Below, one piece after another: positions 25,403-35,481 of a stretch of DNA of 64,000 bases; positions within the stretch are counted from its first letter, which is position 1, and each line of letters opens with the position of its first letter. Under the pieces are notes generated by a model. It saw only the letters and a program-made list of their open reading frames with translations. It did no database searches and was not told where the DNA came from. The position numbers and the translations under genes were made by a program. Source of the DNA: Podarcis erhardii (lineage: Eukaryota); the NCBI GenBank assembly GCA_964252035.1, contig OZ176207.1; one strand, given 5' to 3'.

Positions 25403-26269
25403 AATTGGAGAAGAAAATAATAGAAAATAAGAATTGGAGAAGAAAATAACAGAACACCTCTAGTCATCACATACAGCTCCCAAGTTAAAACAGTACAACG
25501 CATCATCAGAGATCTACAACCTCTCCTGGACAATGACAGTTCTCTTTCTCAAGCTCTGGGAGGAAGACCTTTCATTGCCTCCAGACAGCCCCCCAATCTT
25601 AAACAACTCCTAACCCACAATAATACTATAACCAGACTTAACACGGACACTGGCACCAGAGCCTGCAATAAACCCAGATGCCAACTTTGCTGCCACATAC
25701 ACCCGGACAACACCATTACTGGCCCCAACAACATCACACATACCATCTCGGGACTATTTAATTGCTCATCGTCTAACATTGTGTATGCCATAAAATTCCA
25801 ACAGTGTCCTTCAGCTCTCTATATTGGACAAACAGGCCAGACCTTACGCCAAAGAATAAACGGACATAAATCGGACATCAGGAATCACAAGACAGAGAAA
25901 CCAGTAGGAGAACACTTCAATCTCCCAAGACATTCTATACAAGATCTCAAAGTAGCTGTTCTATTACAAAGGAATTTCAGAAATAGACTGGAAAGAGAAG
26001 CTGCTGAATTGCAACTTATCACCAAACTTAAAACTATGGAGAGACCTGGTTTGAACAAAGACATTGGATTCTTATCTCATTATACATGACAAAGCCATTT
26101 TTCACCTTCTCACCCCTTGCTTTTTCCTGTTAGACCTATTGCAGTCGTTAAGAGTCGTCAACAGGCTCATCGCAGCTATCTGCCAATCACCCATTCCCAC
26201 CACCCTTCTGAGTAATACCCCTCCCCACCTTCTCACTATATAGAAAGGTCCGGTGACTTCTGTTTCAGT

Positions 26270-26307
26270 GTATCTGAAGAAGTGTGCATGCACACGAAAG
26301 CTCATAC
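26270..26307 (+). ncRNA. Minimal type I hammerhead ribozyme motif (PLE pseudo-LTR)
   Basis: GTAT-CTGAAGA-A-GTGTGCATGCACAC-GAAA-GCTC-ATAC: core CUGANGA and GAAA, palindromic helix II, AGCU helix III, helix I GUAU/AUAC. Confidence 0.72.
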
Positions 26308-27067
26308 CTAGAACTAACTCAGTTGGTCTTTAAGGTGCTACTGGAAGGAATTTTTTTATTTTGTTTTGACCATGGCAGACCAACACGGCTACCTATCTGT
26401 AACTCGTTCTTAACCTGAAAGTGTTCTTAACCTGAGGTACCACTTTAGCTAATGGGGCCTCCTGCTGCTGCCTCGCCATTGTACGATTTCTGTTCTCATC
26501 CTGAAGCAAAGTTCTTAACCCGAGGTACTATTTCTGGGTTAGCTGAGTCTGTAACCTGAAGTGTCTGTAACCCGAGGTACCACTGTATCTCTTCTGCCTC
26601 CCAGATGTGCTCTGGAGGGTTGGGGCCACCCCCCTTGCAGGGTACAGGGAGGGGGAGCAGAAGTCGCATTGTTCAGGCAGAAGTCTTTGTGCAGGATAAC
26701 TGTATGGTATATAGCCTGTTGGCTACAGTCATATACACACTTCTGTAGGAGTGAGACTCACTGAATATAATAAGGCTTTAACCCTTAATTAGATATACAC
26801 AGGATGGCACTGCATATGTCATATAGGCAAAGCCAAAGCAAACTTCTGAAAATAAAGTATAACAGTGGATTTAATTTATGTTGGCCGAAGCAGAATGTTG
26901 TAAATATTTATAGAATTGGCAGTAAATTGACCAAGTAAGATGGCAATTCCTAAATGCATAAAGCACCTAAATGGTTGCGCTATACTACAATTTTTTTTAG
27001 AAGGCTTTCGTTCTGTCTATCTTAATTGTTTTAGCAGAATGTTCCAAATGTGCTTGTTTAATTCCAG

Positions 27068-27124
27068 TGCCGGCTATTGGAAGCAAAGAAAGAAATTGAG
27101 AAGTTCTCAGTTAATGATAAGCAG
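27068..27124 (+). CDS. KDSR: KDSR exon 3
   Basis: ttccag|TGC...CAG|gtaaga, 57 nt, CRLLEAKKEIEKFSVNDKQ. Confidence 0.95.
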
Positions 27125-29003
27125 GTAAGATGACTATATTCTACCAGGTCTCTCAAATGTGTTAAGAAAATGCATGTTCTTTCTCTGACTAGAGCAGCAA
27201 TACTTGAATTACAAGTTATGGAGTAAATGTGTAGATAAGAAAAAATTGAGTAGCATATTGTGTAGTCATGTCATAGGTAAACTGAGAATTCTGTTTTAAA
27301 GAATTCTAAGTAATCCTAGACACATCCTGCAGTCAAAGGCCTCCTTTGGGTACTATTGTGTTGTGAGCTATAATGCTAATACTTTGATTGCAATTTAAGA
27401 AAAAGGTGGGGTCAGTTCTTTTATAGAAAAGCTTATACAAAGCATGAAAGTGACATGACTTGCAATATAGAAGGCTGAAAATGTGCTTGATGTGCAATAT
27501 TTAATGGTCTCTCTTTTTTCCTAAAAGAATAATTCCTGCTTCTGAAGAAGTTTGTCTTGCCTCTAGGGTATTCTCAGTAGTCATTGGCAACAACGTAAAA
27601 TCATTTCATATTACCTAAGTAGGTGTAAGAGTGTATTTTAAAGTTCTTTGTTAGCTACAGTTAAATATGACTAAAATACCATGCCAGTTTTATGAATTTG
27701 GCTCAATCTTAATTTATTCTTGAGATATCAGTATCTTCTTCTTGGTGACTTTGCTATCTGCCTTTTTAAATAAAGCTAATTTTTGCACAGGGATGATTTC
27801 ATGTAAGCCCTAAAGATCAATATGTGAATGGGTCTTTGGCAATTTATTTTATGAATTTATATTCTGCTTTTCAGCTGAAGTCTTCAGAGCCATTCCTGGT
27901 ACTCAATAAAATGTAATGAATGTGTCAAAAACATAACACTTAAAACAAAACAAAATTAGCCTCACAAGAGCAAGCCCCAGGCGTTGTCTTCTCCTGTGCC
28001 TCTCTCTCTTGCTTTTGTAATGTCTTGGGGTTGTTAAACATTTCACTACATCAGTCTTTCATTTTGTCTTAGGTTCTGTTTAATAGAAGCATAGGAAGCT
28101 GCCATATATGAAACCATACCATTGGTCCATCTATCTCAGTATTTCATATGCTAACTAATAGGGATCTGTTCCAGAATCTCATATAGGATTTATCTCTGCC
28201 CTGCTGGGAAATGTGAGGGACTCATGTTCTACATGCAAAGCAGATTCTATACTGCTTCTTTCCCTGGCATGTTGTGCATGCTTTATGGAAAATGAAGACT
28301 TAAGTGGCGGTAGAGAAAAGAAAAAGGATTTCATATGAGACTACAATCTGTTCTATAGCAGCCATCAACAAGGATGAACAGCGCAGTGTGGTTTCCTAAT
28401 GCGCTTCTAAGCAACTTATCATTGGGAAAGTATTTTTCACTGTGTGGTGCAGTTGTTGTTTTTACAACACTACAGTGTCCATTAATGATTGCACCACTTC
28501 AATTCAAGAGGAAGAAGAACACTCTTTTAGAAAGAATTCGGTGTTGTTGAATATTCCATAAGCACTAGCTTTCCAGCTTGCCAGTTGGAGCAATCCCCAC
28601 CTCCTGTGCACTTTTCTGAGGGTTCTACTTCCATACACAAGCCAATTTTAGGGGGTGCATAGCGGGGCAGGAGTGGGAGGAAAACCCCATTGCACAAGTG
28701 AATATTCTTGCACAGAACTTGTATCTGATGGGACTTGTTAGACGAGTTCCACCCATTGAGCTCAATTGAATAGGCATCCACATGGAATTATTGTTGTTAT
28801 TACCTGCCCTTCACCCTAAGCTCCAACGACAGGTTACAACATTAACCATAATATGAAACATACAAAAATAAGGTGGGTCCTAAAAACATACACCTCAAAT
28901 GTCAAAGGCAGGGTAAAGAGGTGCGTCTTCAGCATTCATTGGAAGCTGAATTATTAAGGACTAGACAGGTTGTTCAGGCTACAGATGTCTGCAGACCTTA
29001 GAC

Positions 29004-29139
29004 CAGGCTTCCTCAACCTCGGGCCTCCAGATGTTTGGGGACTAGAATTCCCATCATCCCTGACCACCGGTCCTGCTAGCTAGGGATAATGGGAGTTGTA
29101 GGCCAAAAACATCTGGAGGGCTGAGGTTGAGGAAGCCTG
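29004..29139. mobile_element. hAT-type MITE
   Basis: TIR CAGGCTTCCTCAACCT/AGGTTGAGGAAGCCTG, 8-bp TSD CCTTAGAC (28996-29003, 29140-47). Confidence 0.9.
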
Positions 29140-29675
29140 CCTTAGACAAATTATAGCAAAGTGTCATTGCTATAGTCCAGGGGTGAAACCAGTTTAAAGT
29201 TGGCTTTTGAATCCTGACTTGTTTAAAAACCATTAACCATAATTCTGTATTTGCACATTAATGGGAATTTATGTTTAACTGCAGCTGCTAGGTTTGCTTC
29301 CCCGTTTACATGAAGTGAGGGAGCAAAGGGGCTCTTCACTGAGTGCATGAAAAAGTAATGCACATCCTGACTTATTAGGATTAAATTTGATAATTCAAAG
29401 CTCATCTGTAAAGTCTGAGCTAAATATTATTGCTTTGGAATATTAATTGGTTCTTCTCAAATGCCAAAGCAATATAATATCCCAGTACTTTATGTAGAAA
29501 ACAGGAACTCTGCACTCCTCTCAACTAAAAGTGAAAGGCAGAGAAACATACAATGCACACGTTGAAATATGTCTCCTACCTGTGTTGCCAAAATAGTTTA
29601 CTTGTTGAATTAAAAATTTGTCCATTTTACACTGTACATATCAAATGATATGGCCCTTCTTTTCCATTCACATAG

Positions 29676-29741
29676 GTTGTGCATTGTATCTCTCTTGATG
29701 TTTCCAAAGATGCTGCAAATGTGGAAAGGGCCCTTAAACAG
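29676..29741 (+). CDS. KDSR: KDSR exon 4
   Basis: catag|GTT...CAG|gtaagg, 66 nt, [22 protein letters not shown]. Confidence 0.95.
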
Positions 29742-29888
29742 GTAAGGAAATATTGGTTTTACCTGCCTGGCTGGCTCCCTCCCCCCCATTTTTCAATTGC
29801 AAGTGTTTATTGCAGAAATGTTCTGCTGACAGTAGTGATATTTATGGACACAAATTTGTTATCTCACCTGCTATTTTTTTCTTTCCAG

Positions 29889-29984
29889 GCTCAAGAGAAG
29901 TTGGGTCCAGTTGACATGCTTGTAAATTGTGCAGGAACATCAATTAATGGAAAGTTTGAAGATACTGACATCAGTATGTTTGAA
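29889..29984 (+). CDS. KDSR: KDSR exon 5
   Basis: ttccag|GCT...GAA|gtaagt, 96 nt, [32 protein letters not shown] (NCAG, the SDR NNAG-equivalent motif). Confidence 0.97.
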
Positions 29985-30356
29985 GTAAGTGAGCCTGACT
30001 TCTCCTGTTTGAGTATGTACTGGTATACTAATTCAACGGCACCTAGAAAATCACACCAGATTGAGAAATGTTTTTGAATGATAAAATTATATATAAAATT
30101 TACCTAACTTGTAGCAGCACATTTTATTGTCCATTTCAAATAAATGACCCAACATTGTATATTTTTTTTTCTAATCCCCCCATAGTTTTCCACTGGGTTG
30201 AATGTTTTCTATCTGTGTCATAGACCCAATAATTCTTATTAGATATTTATTGTGTCTAAAAATGTTTGCTGCCTTTAAACATCTATTATGAAAGGCCTTT
30301 AATGTATGTTGTGAAAGAGAAGTTTGCCATACGCTATTGTTACATAACTTTCATTC

Positions 30357-30402
30357 CTTGGTATCTGAAGAAGTGTGCATGCACACGAAAGCTCATACCA
30401 AG
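30357..30402 (+). ncRNA. Minimal type I hammerhead ribozyme motif with an 8-bp helix I
   Basis: CTTGGTAT-CTGAAGA-A-GTGTGCATGCACAC-GAAA-GCTC-ATACCAAG; predicted cleavage after C30394. Confidence 0.78.
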
Positions 30403-30492
30403 AACTGACTTAGTTGGTCTTTAAGGTGCTACTGGAAGGAATTTGTTATGTTTTGACTATGGCAGACCAACACGGCTACCTATCTGTAACTG
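30362..30492 (+). mobile_element. Solo PLE pseudo-LTR / retrozyme-like short element
   Basis: 131 bp nearly identical to 26271-26404, flanked by 13-bp TSD TTTCATTCCTTGG (30349-61, 30493-505). Confidence 0.85.
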
Positions 30493-30974
30493 TTTCATTC
30501 CTTGGGTAATACTTGCATGAACCACCACATAAACATGAAAGGAGAGTATTTCACAGCATGCAGAGTAGACAAGCATGTGGGAATAATACTTTTTCATGAA
30601 TACTTATATAACTGCAAAAGTGTATACAAATTTAATAAATAATAATAATAACAGCAAAAGTGGGGCTCCCTAATTCAGCCCGTCTCAAATGAAATGTTTG
30701 CTTCATGTTGACGTTGGTCCATAGAGTCTCTTCAGTGGCTGACTTGTAAACAGTTCACATAAAGATTAACTGGGCTATGACTCATTTTTTCCCTGGCATA
30801 TCATGGACAGGGGAGATGCAAAGTGCTCATAATTTCAGCAGCATGCGCCAGCACACTGCTTATTCACATTATTAAATCATTATTTGTTCAATAATAATAA
30901 TAATAGTTTCTATTCTGCCCTTCATCCAAAGATCACAGGGCAGTTTTCATTATAAACCATAATAATATAATAAT

Positions 30975-31055
30975 AATCTATTATTTATACCCCGCGCATC
31001 TGGCTGGGTTTCCCCAGCCACTCTGGGCGGCTTCCAACTGAATATTAAAAACAAT
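30975..31055 (-). mobile_element. L2-type LINE 3' tail
   Basis: Reverse complement of GGAAGCCGCCCAGAGTGGCTGGGGAAACCCAGCCAGATG...GGGGTATAAATAA, as at 49265-49320. Confidence 0.75.
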
Positions 31056-31839
31056 ACATGGTTTAATGTAACATGTGAACCAAGCCGTTAATTAGTTTCA
31101 GAGGAAAAAAATTGAGAAGTGATTTTATAAAAGTAGAGCAGTTGCAAATGTCATTTTCTACTAGTTCTCTACTCAGTGCAGATTATGTAATTAGTAAACT
31201 GTTGTGTCTTAAATTTTTACTGGATATAATTCCATTGCTTTGTATATATTAACCGTTTGCTCCCATGCTTGCTTAGTGTTCTCTATACCAGAGAAGGCTA
31301 ACTTTTGGCCTGCTGTAGGTTGTTGCCCTCCAATTACTATCATTCCTTACATGCCATGCACGCTAGCTGGGCCAGTGGAAGTGGAGTCCAGCAGCATATG
31401 GAGGGCCACAGGTTAGCCATCCCTTTTTAGTTGGGTTCAATCCTGGAGATGCTGGGGAGCAAATCTGGGATATTCTGCAGGTAAAACATGTATTTTACCA
31501 CTTAGCTACAATGTTTCCCAGTTTAAAAGTTTGGCCACCCTTGTCCTCTCGGCAGGAGTTACATAGGCAATCAAAACAGCAACCACATCACAAAGGTTAC
31601 TGCTCATCATCAAAGGAATCCCCAAGTGGTTGCCTTCCAGCATGTTAATGGACTATAACACAGCATTTTACAGCTTGGAAACTCCATTTGTAACGTGAAG
31701 CAACATCGTCCATAGTAGGAATTTTGCACTTGGTGGCGATGAGTATTAATATTGCTGATGCCTTGAGTTTAAAGATGCAGAGCAGCAATCACACTTCGTT
31801 ATTTCATTTCATTTACATTAATATCACACTTCGTTAATA

Positions 31840-32132
31840 CAGTGGTGCCTCGCAATACGAAAATAATCCGTTCCGCGAGTCTCTTCGTCTAGCGGTTTTT
31901 TCGTTTTGCGAAGCAAGCCCATTGACGGCTTGGCGGATTAGCGCTATTAGCGTTTTAGCGGATAAGCGGCTTAGAAAAAGGGGGGGGGAACCCGCAGGAA
32001 CTCACAAGACATTTTCGTCTTGCGAAGCAAGCCCATAGGAAATTCGTTTTGCGAAGCACCTCCAAAACGGAAAACTCTTTCGTCTAGCGAGTTTTCCGTC
32101 TTGCGAGGCATTCATCTTGCAGGGCACCACTG
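31840..32132. mobile_element. Tc1/mariner MITE family B, ending 46 bp upstream of KDSR exon 6
   Basis: Same TIRs and TA TSD as 8125-8434. Confidence 0.9.
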
Positions 32133-32178
32133 TATAAAATATGTTAACTAGGCCTCCGACTTGTATGTTTGTCTACAG

Positions 32179-32370
32179 CAATTGATGGCTATCAACTATC
32201 TGGGTAGTGTCTACCCAACTCGAGCAGTAGTTACCACCATGAAGGAACGGAGGAGGGGAAGGATTGTGTTTGTGTCATCCCAGGCTGGACAAGTTGGAGT
32301 GTTTGGTTATACTGCTTATTCTTCAACAAAGTTTGCTCTTCGAGGACTAGCTGAAGCTTTGCAAATGGAG
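32179..32370 (+). CDS. KDSR: KDSR exon 6 (catalytic S and YxxxK)
   Basis: ctacag|CAA...GAG|gtatga, 192 nt, [10 protein letters not shown]...FVSSQAG...[19 protein letters not shown]. Confidence 0.97.
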
Positions 32371-33771
32371 GTATGATTCTCTGTTCCTTACCTGCATGTA
32401 TCTTATAGTTTCTCTGTATAACATTAACAACAACAGCAACATATAAACAAAAAGAGCTAAAACCATAGGGGGAAATAATTAAAGAATCAAGTAAACATTA
32501 ATAGTATTATATAAGAATATTGTACAATATAGTGTTGCCCAAAAAGTACATAAGCAGGCTCAGCAACATTCAACGCTGTTTACAAGGCATAGACTTAGCT
32601 ATTCTATTGCAATAAGTGGTACAATATTCCAGAGCGCATGACACCATTCGGCTCAGAAGGCCTGTATTGTATACGATTTGCAAAACTGTTCATTTAGTAG
32701 GGTTAGTTGTCCACTGGCTCAAAATGAGAAGTAATAGTGCAGGCAGTGTATTGAGCTGCTTTACTCTCAGATATTGTAGATCTGGTTTCGGGCAGAGCGT
32801 GCATATGCAAAATCGCATAGAGCGAAGAATCCCCAGGATCGCCACCTTCCTGCCCAGCTGGAGCTCTAGAAAGGCAGCTCCCTCTTTCCTCCTCTGGTAG
32901 CTCTTTGTCCTCCCTATGGGCGGGCCAGAAGTACAGCCTGGAGAGCAACTGCAGTGTCGCCACCGCTCCCACTGCTCCCGTGTCCCACCAGGAGTGGCTG
33001 GGCCTGCCCTTGCTAGAGAGGCACCCTCACAGTGGTTTGGATTTGCTGCAGCCCTTGCCAGCTGACAGTGTGGAGCAAGCCAGCCAAGCTGAGGGACTGG
33101 CACCTTATGCAGCTGCAGAACCACCATGCACACCTAATAGGAGGAGGAGGCAAGAGCCCGAGATGGCAGCAATGCAAGCAAGGCATGTGTTACCCAGGTT
33201 TGCTTGTTCCTCCCCCTGCTATACTTCATTCAACCCTCTTCCCGCTGCATATCTCCTGAGATCCCAATGAGAAGCTCCCTCCCAGTAGCGGCTGGTGAGG
33301 TGGCAGAGGCAGAGGGTCACTGCTCTCCTTGCTTCCAAACAACATGTAGCTTTGCAGGAAGGCCTTCATCCCCAGGGTGTTTCTTGCAGAGAAGTAGCAG
33401 GAATGCTATTTTAAAAGAGCAAGATTTCTCCTTGGCTTTCTGCTCGAGATAAAAATAGAGGCTGCAGCCAATAGTATAAAGTTGAGTTGCAGAAGCAGAG
33501 GTGTAGCAAGTTCAGGTGGTACAGATTTCTTTTTTGTCACCCCCCCCCCCAATTTAAATTATTAAAAGAAGGGAAAATAAGATACGTGCAGTTGCAAGTG
33601 TTATTTTCTGGTTTATATACTTAATATTGTAAGTATAAGCACTTAAAACCCCTGTAGACACCATGGCTTCAATATCAGCCAGAAACAAATTTCTTCTCAC
33701 CCATCACCCCATTGCTCTGTTCACTATCTAGCCTGATGGTAGAACTTGAACTTTGCACACTATTTTGCGGT

Positions 33772-34119
33772 AAAGGTAAAGGGACCCCTGACCATTAGGT
33801 CCAGTTGTGGCCAACTCTGGGGTTGTGGCGCTCATCTCGCTTTATTGGCCGAGGGAGCTGGCGTACAGCTTCTGGGTCATGTGGCCAGTATGACGAAGCC
33901 GCTTCTGGCAAACCAGAGCAGCGCATGGAAACGCCGTTTACCTTCCCGCCGGAGCGGTACCTATTTATCTACTTGCACTTTGACGTGCTTTTGAACTGCT
34001 AGGTTGGCAGAAGCAGGGACTGAGCAACGGGAGCTCACCCCGTCGCGGGGATTTGAACCACCGACCTTCTGATCGGCAAGTCCTAGGCTCTGGTTCAACC
34101 CACAGCGCCACCCGCGTCC
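33772..34119 (-). mobile_element. Full-length Sauria SINE in KDSR intron 6
   Basis: TSD CTATTTTGC(G/A)G (33761-71, 34120-30); complete element on the minus strand. Confidence 0.92.
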
Positions 34120-34224
34120 CTATTTTGCAGTAGATAGGCCTAATAATGGAACTGCCCTAATAAGGATGTGTGTTTTCCTTATGGTTTGGTGCAGCTCCCT
34201 TTACTTTTACAATGCCGCTTAAAA

Positions 34225-34352
34225 CAGGTGGCTAATCTGTGTCCCTCCAGGTGTTGCTGGACTACAACTCCCATCATTCCTATTGGCCATACTAGCTGGG
34301 ACCAGTGGGGGACGTAGTCCAGCAACATCTGGAGGGACACAGGCTAGCCCCT
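34225..34352. mobile_element. Old hAT-type fold-back MITE
   Basis: CCTCCAGGTGTTGCTGGACTAC...CGTAGTCCAGCAACATCTGGAGG inverted arms. Confidence 0.6.
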
Positions 34353-34889
34353 CAGCCCCCCGTTTTAAAGCTGACCGTGTAATGCACCATATCAGAAGCA
34401 CAAATCCCTTTCAAGGGGCCATTTCCCTCCCCTCCCCCTTGTGTTTTTTCAAAGTATCTGCCCTGAACAACTCTGCAACTCAAACACTTGCTCATTCTTT
34501 TGAGACATTTGAGTTAGTCCTAATAAAGTATTGTTCAACTTCAGCTATTGGGCTGCTGTTGTTTTAATTAAAGGGACCATTTCAAAAAGAAACTGATGTT
34601 CATAGGCTGCAGTTCTACACCTACTTTCCTGGGATGAATTCCCATGGAACTCAGGTGCAGCTTCTAAGTAGACATGCAAAGGAGGGGACAGTTGTTTAAG
34701 CACCATCTCAGCAGCTCACTGAACAATGAGAAAAAATTTTCATGCTAACGTGAATACATTCTTATATTAATTCTCTCCTGAAATGTTGGATGTATGGATC
34801 TTAACTTGTGTTTTTTGGGGGGTGTTAGGAGGCACTGATGTATCTCTTGGCATCATCCAGCTTCTATGTTTGAAAGACATGTTTCTTTG

Positions 34890-34891
<2 letters not shown>

Positions 34892-34935
<44 letters not shown>

Positions 34936-34943
34936 TTATTTAT
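34892..34943. repeat. (TTA)n microsatellite
   Basis: Direct inspection. Confidence 0.9.
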
Positions 34944-35397
34944 TATTCGTTCCTGAATACCTGGCACACATGGACCACAATAATCATATGGACATAGAAA
35001 AGCGGGGGGGGGGGGACATCTTGGTAGCTTTATTGTAAATATCCCTGCTACATAAGAATAGGCTTGCCTGATCAAAGGGTCCTGTTCTCTCCCCTCTTGT
35101 CCATCTCTACCTAAGGCAGGGACAGTGGTGGAGTTAGCTGCATGGGTGCCCAGAGCCCATGCTGTGCACTTGGGGGGGGGGCAATCCACTGTGCATGGGG
35201 GTGGCGGGGCAAGCCCTCCCAGGGATGACACCTGGGGCCGAGCGCCCCCCTCCCTACGCCCCTGTGCGCAAGTAAAATGTCCGTAAGATACAATCCCACT
35301 ATATGCCTCTTTGTTCATATTACGTTGTATATCTTTGTGAAAACAAGTAAGCTCAATATATTAAAGCGTGAACTAAATATTTTTCTCAACGTAACAG

Positions 35398-35481
35398 GTA
35401 AAGCCCTATAATATCTACGTAACAGTTGCCTATCCTCCCGATACAGACACACCTGGCTTTGCAGAGGAAAGTCAGACAAAG
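35398..35481 (+). CDS. KDSR: KDSR exon 7
   Basis: aacag|GTA...AAG|gtaatt, 84 nt, [28 protein letters not shown]. Confidence 0.97.

Larger units (their letters stand above)
24359..26404. mobile_element. Penelope-like element (PLE), 5'-truncated, arranged as an inverted duplication
   Basis: 12-bp TSD CGTTCTTAACCT (24347-58, 26405-16). GIY-YIG endonuclease motifs (CNKPRCQLC, VYAIKC, LYIGQTG, LRQRINGH, GLN) on both strands; pseudo-LTR with a hammerhead motif. Confidence 0.9.
24305..26585. mobile_element. Tc1/mariner MITE family A, split by a Penelope-like insertion (halves 24305-24358 and 26405-26585)
   Basis: CAGTGGTACCTC/GAGGTACCACTG TIRs with TA flanks; interrupted at a duplicated CGTTCTTAACCT. 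Confidence 0.9.

Noticed and set aside
25403-25457. N-terminus MFCYFLLQFLFSIIFFSN of the 280-aa ORF as a signal peptide
   Set aside because: It is translated from the inversion-junction filler, not from the PLE ORF.
24356-26348. PLE palindrome as a pure assembly artefact
   Set aside because: The arms differ at several positions, the junction has unique filler, and one 12-bp TSD pair encloses the whole; a real event is more likely, though long reads should confirm.
34767-35318. 183-aa minus-strand ORF
   Set aside because: Runs through a (TTA)n microsatellite (poly-Ile) and repeat debris.
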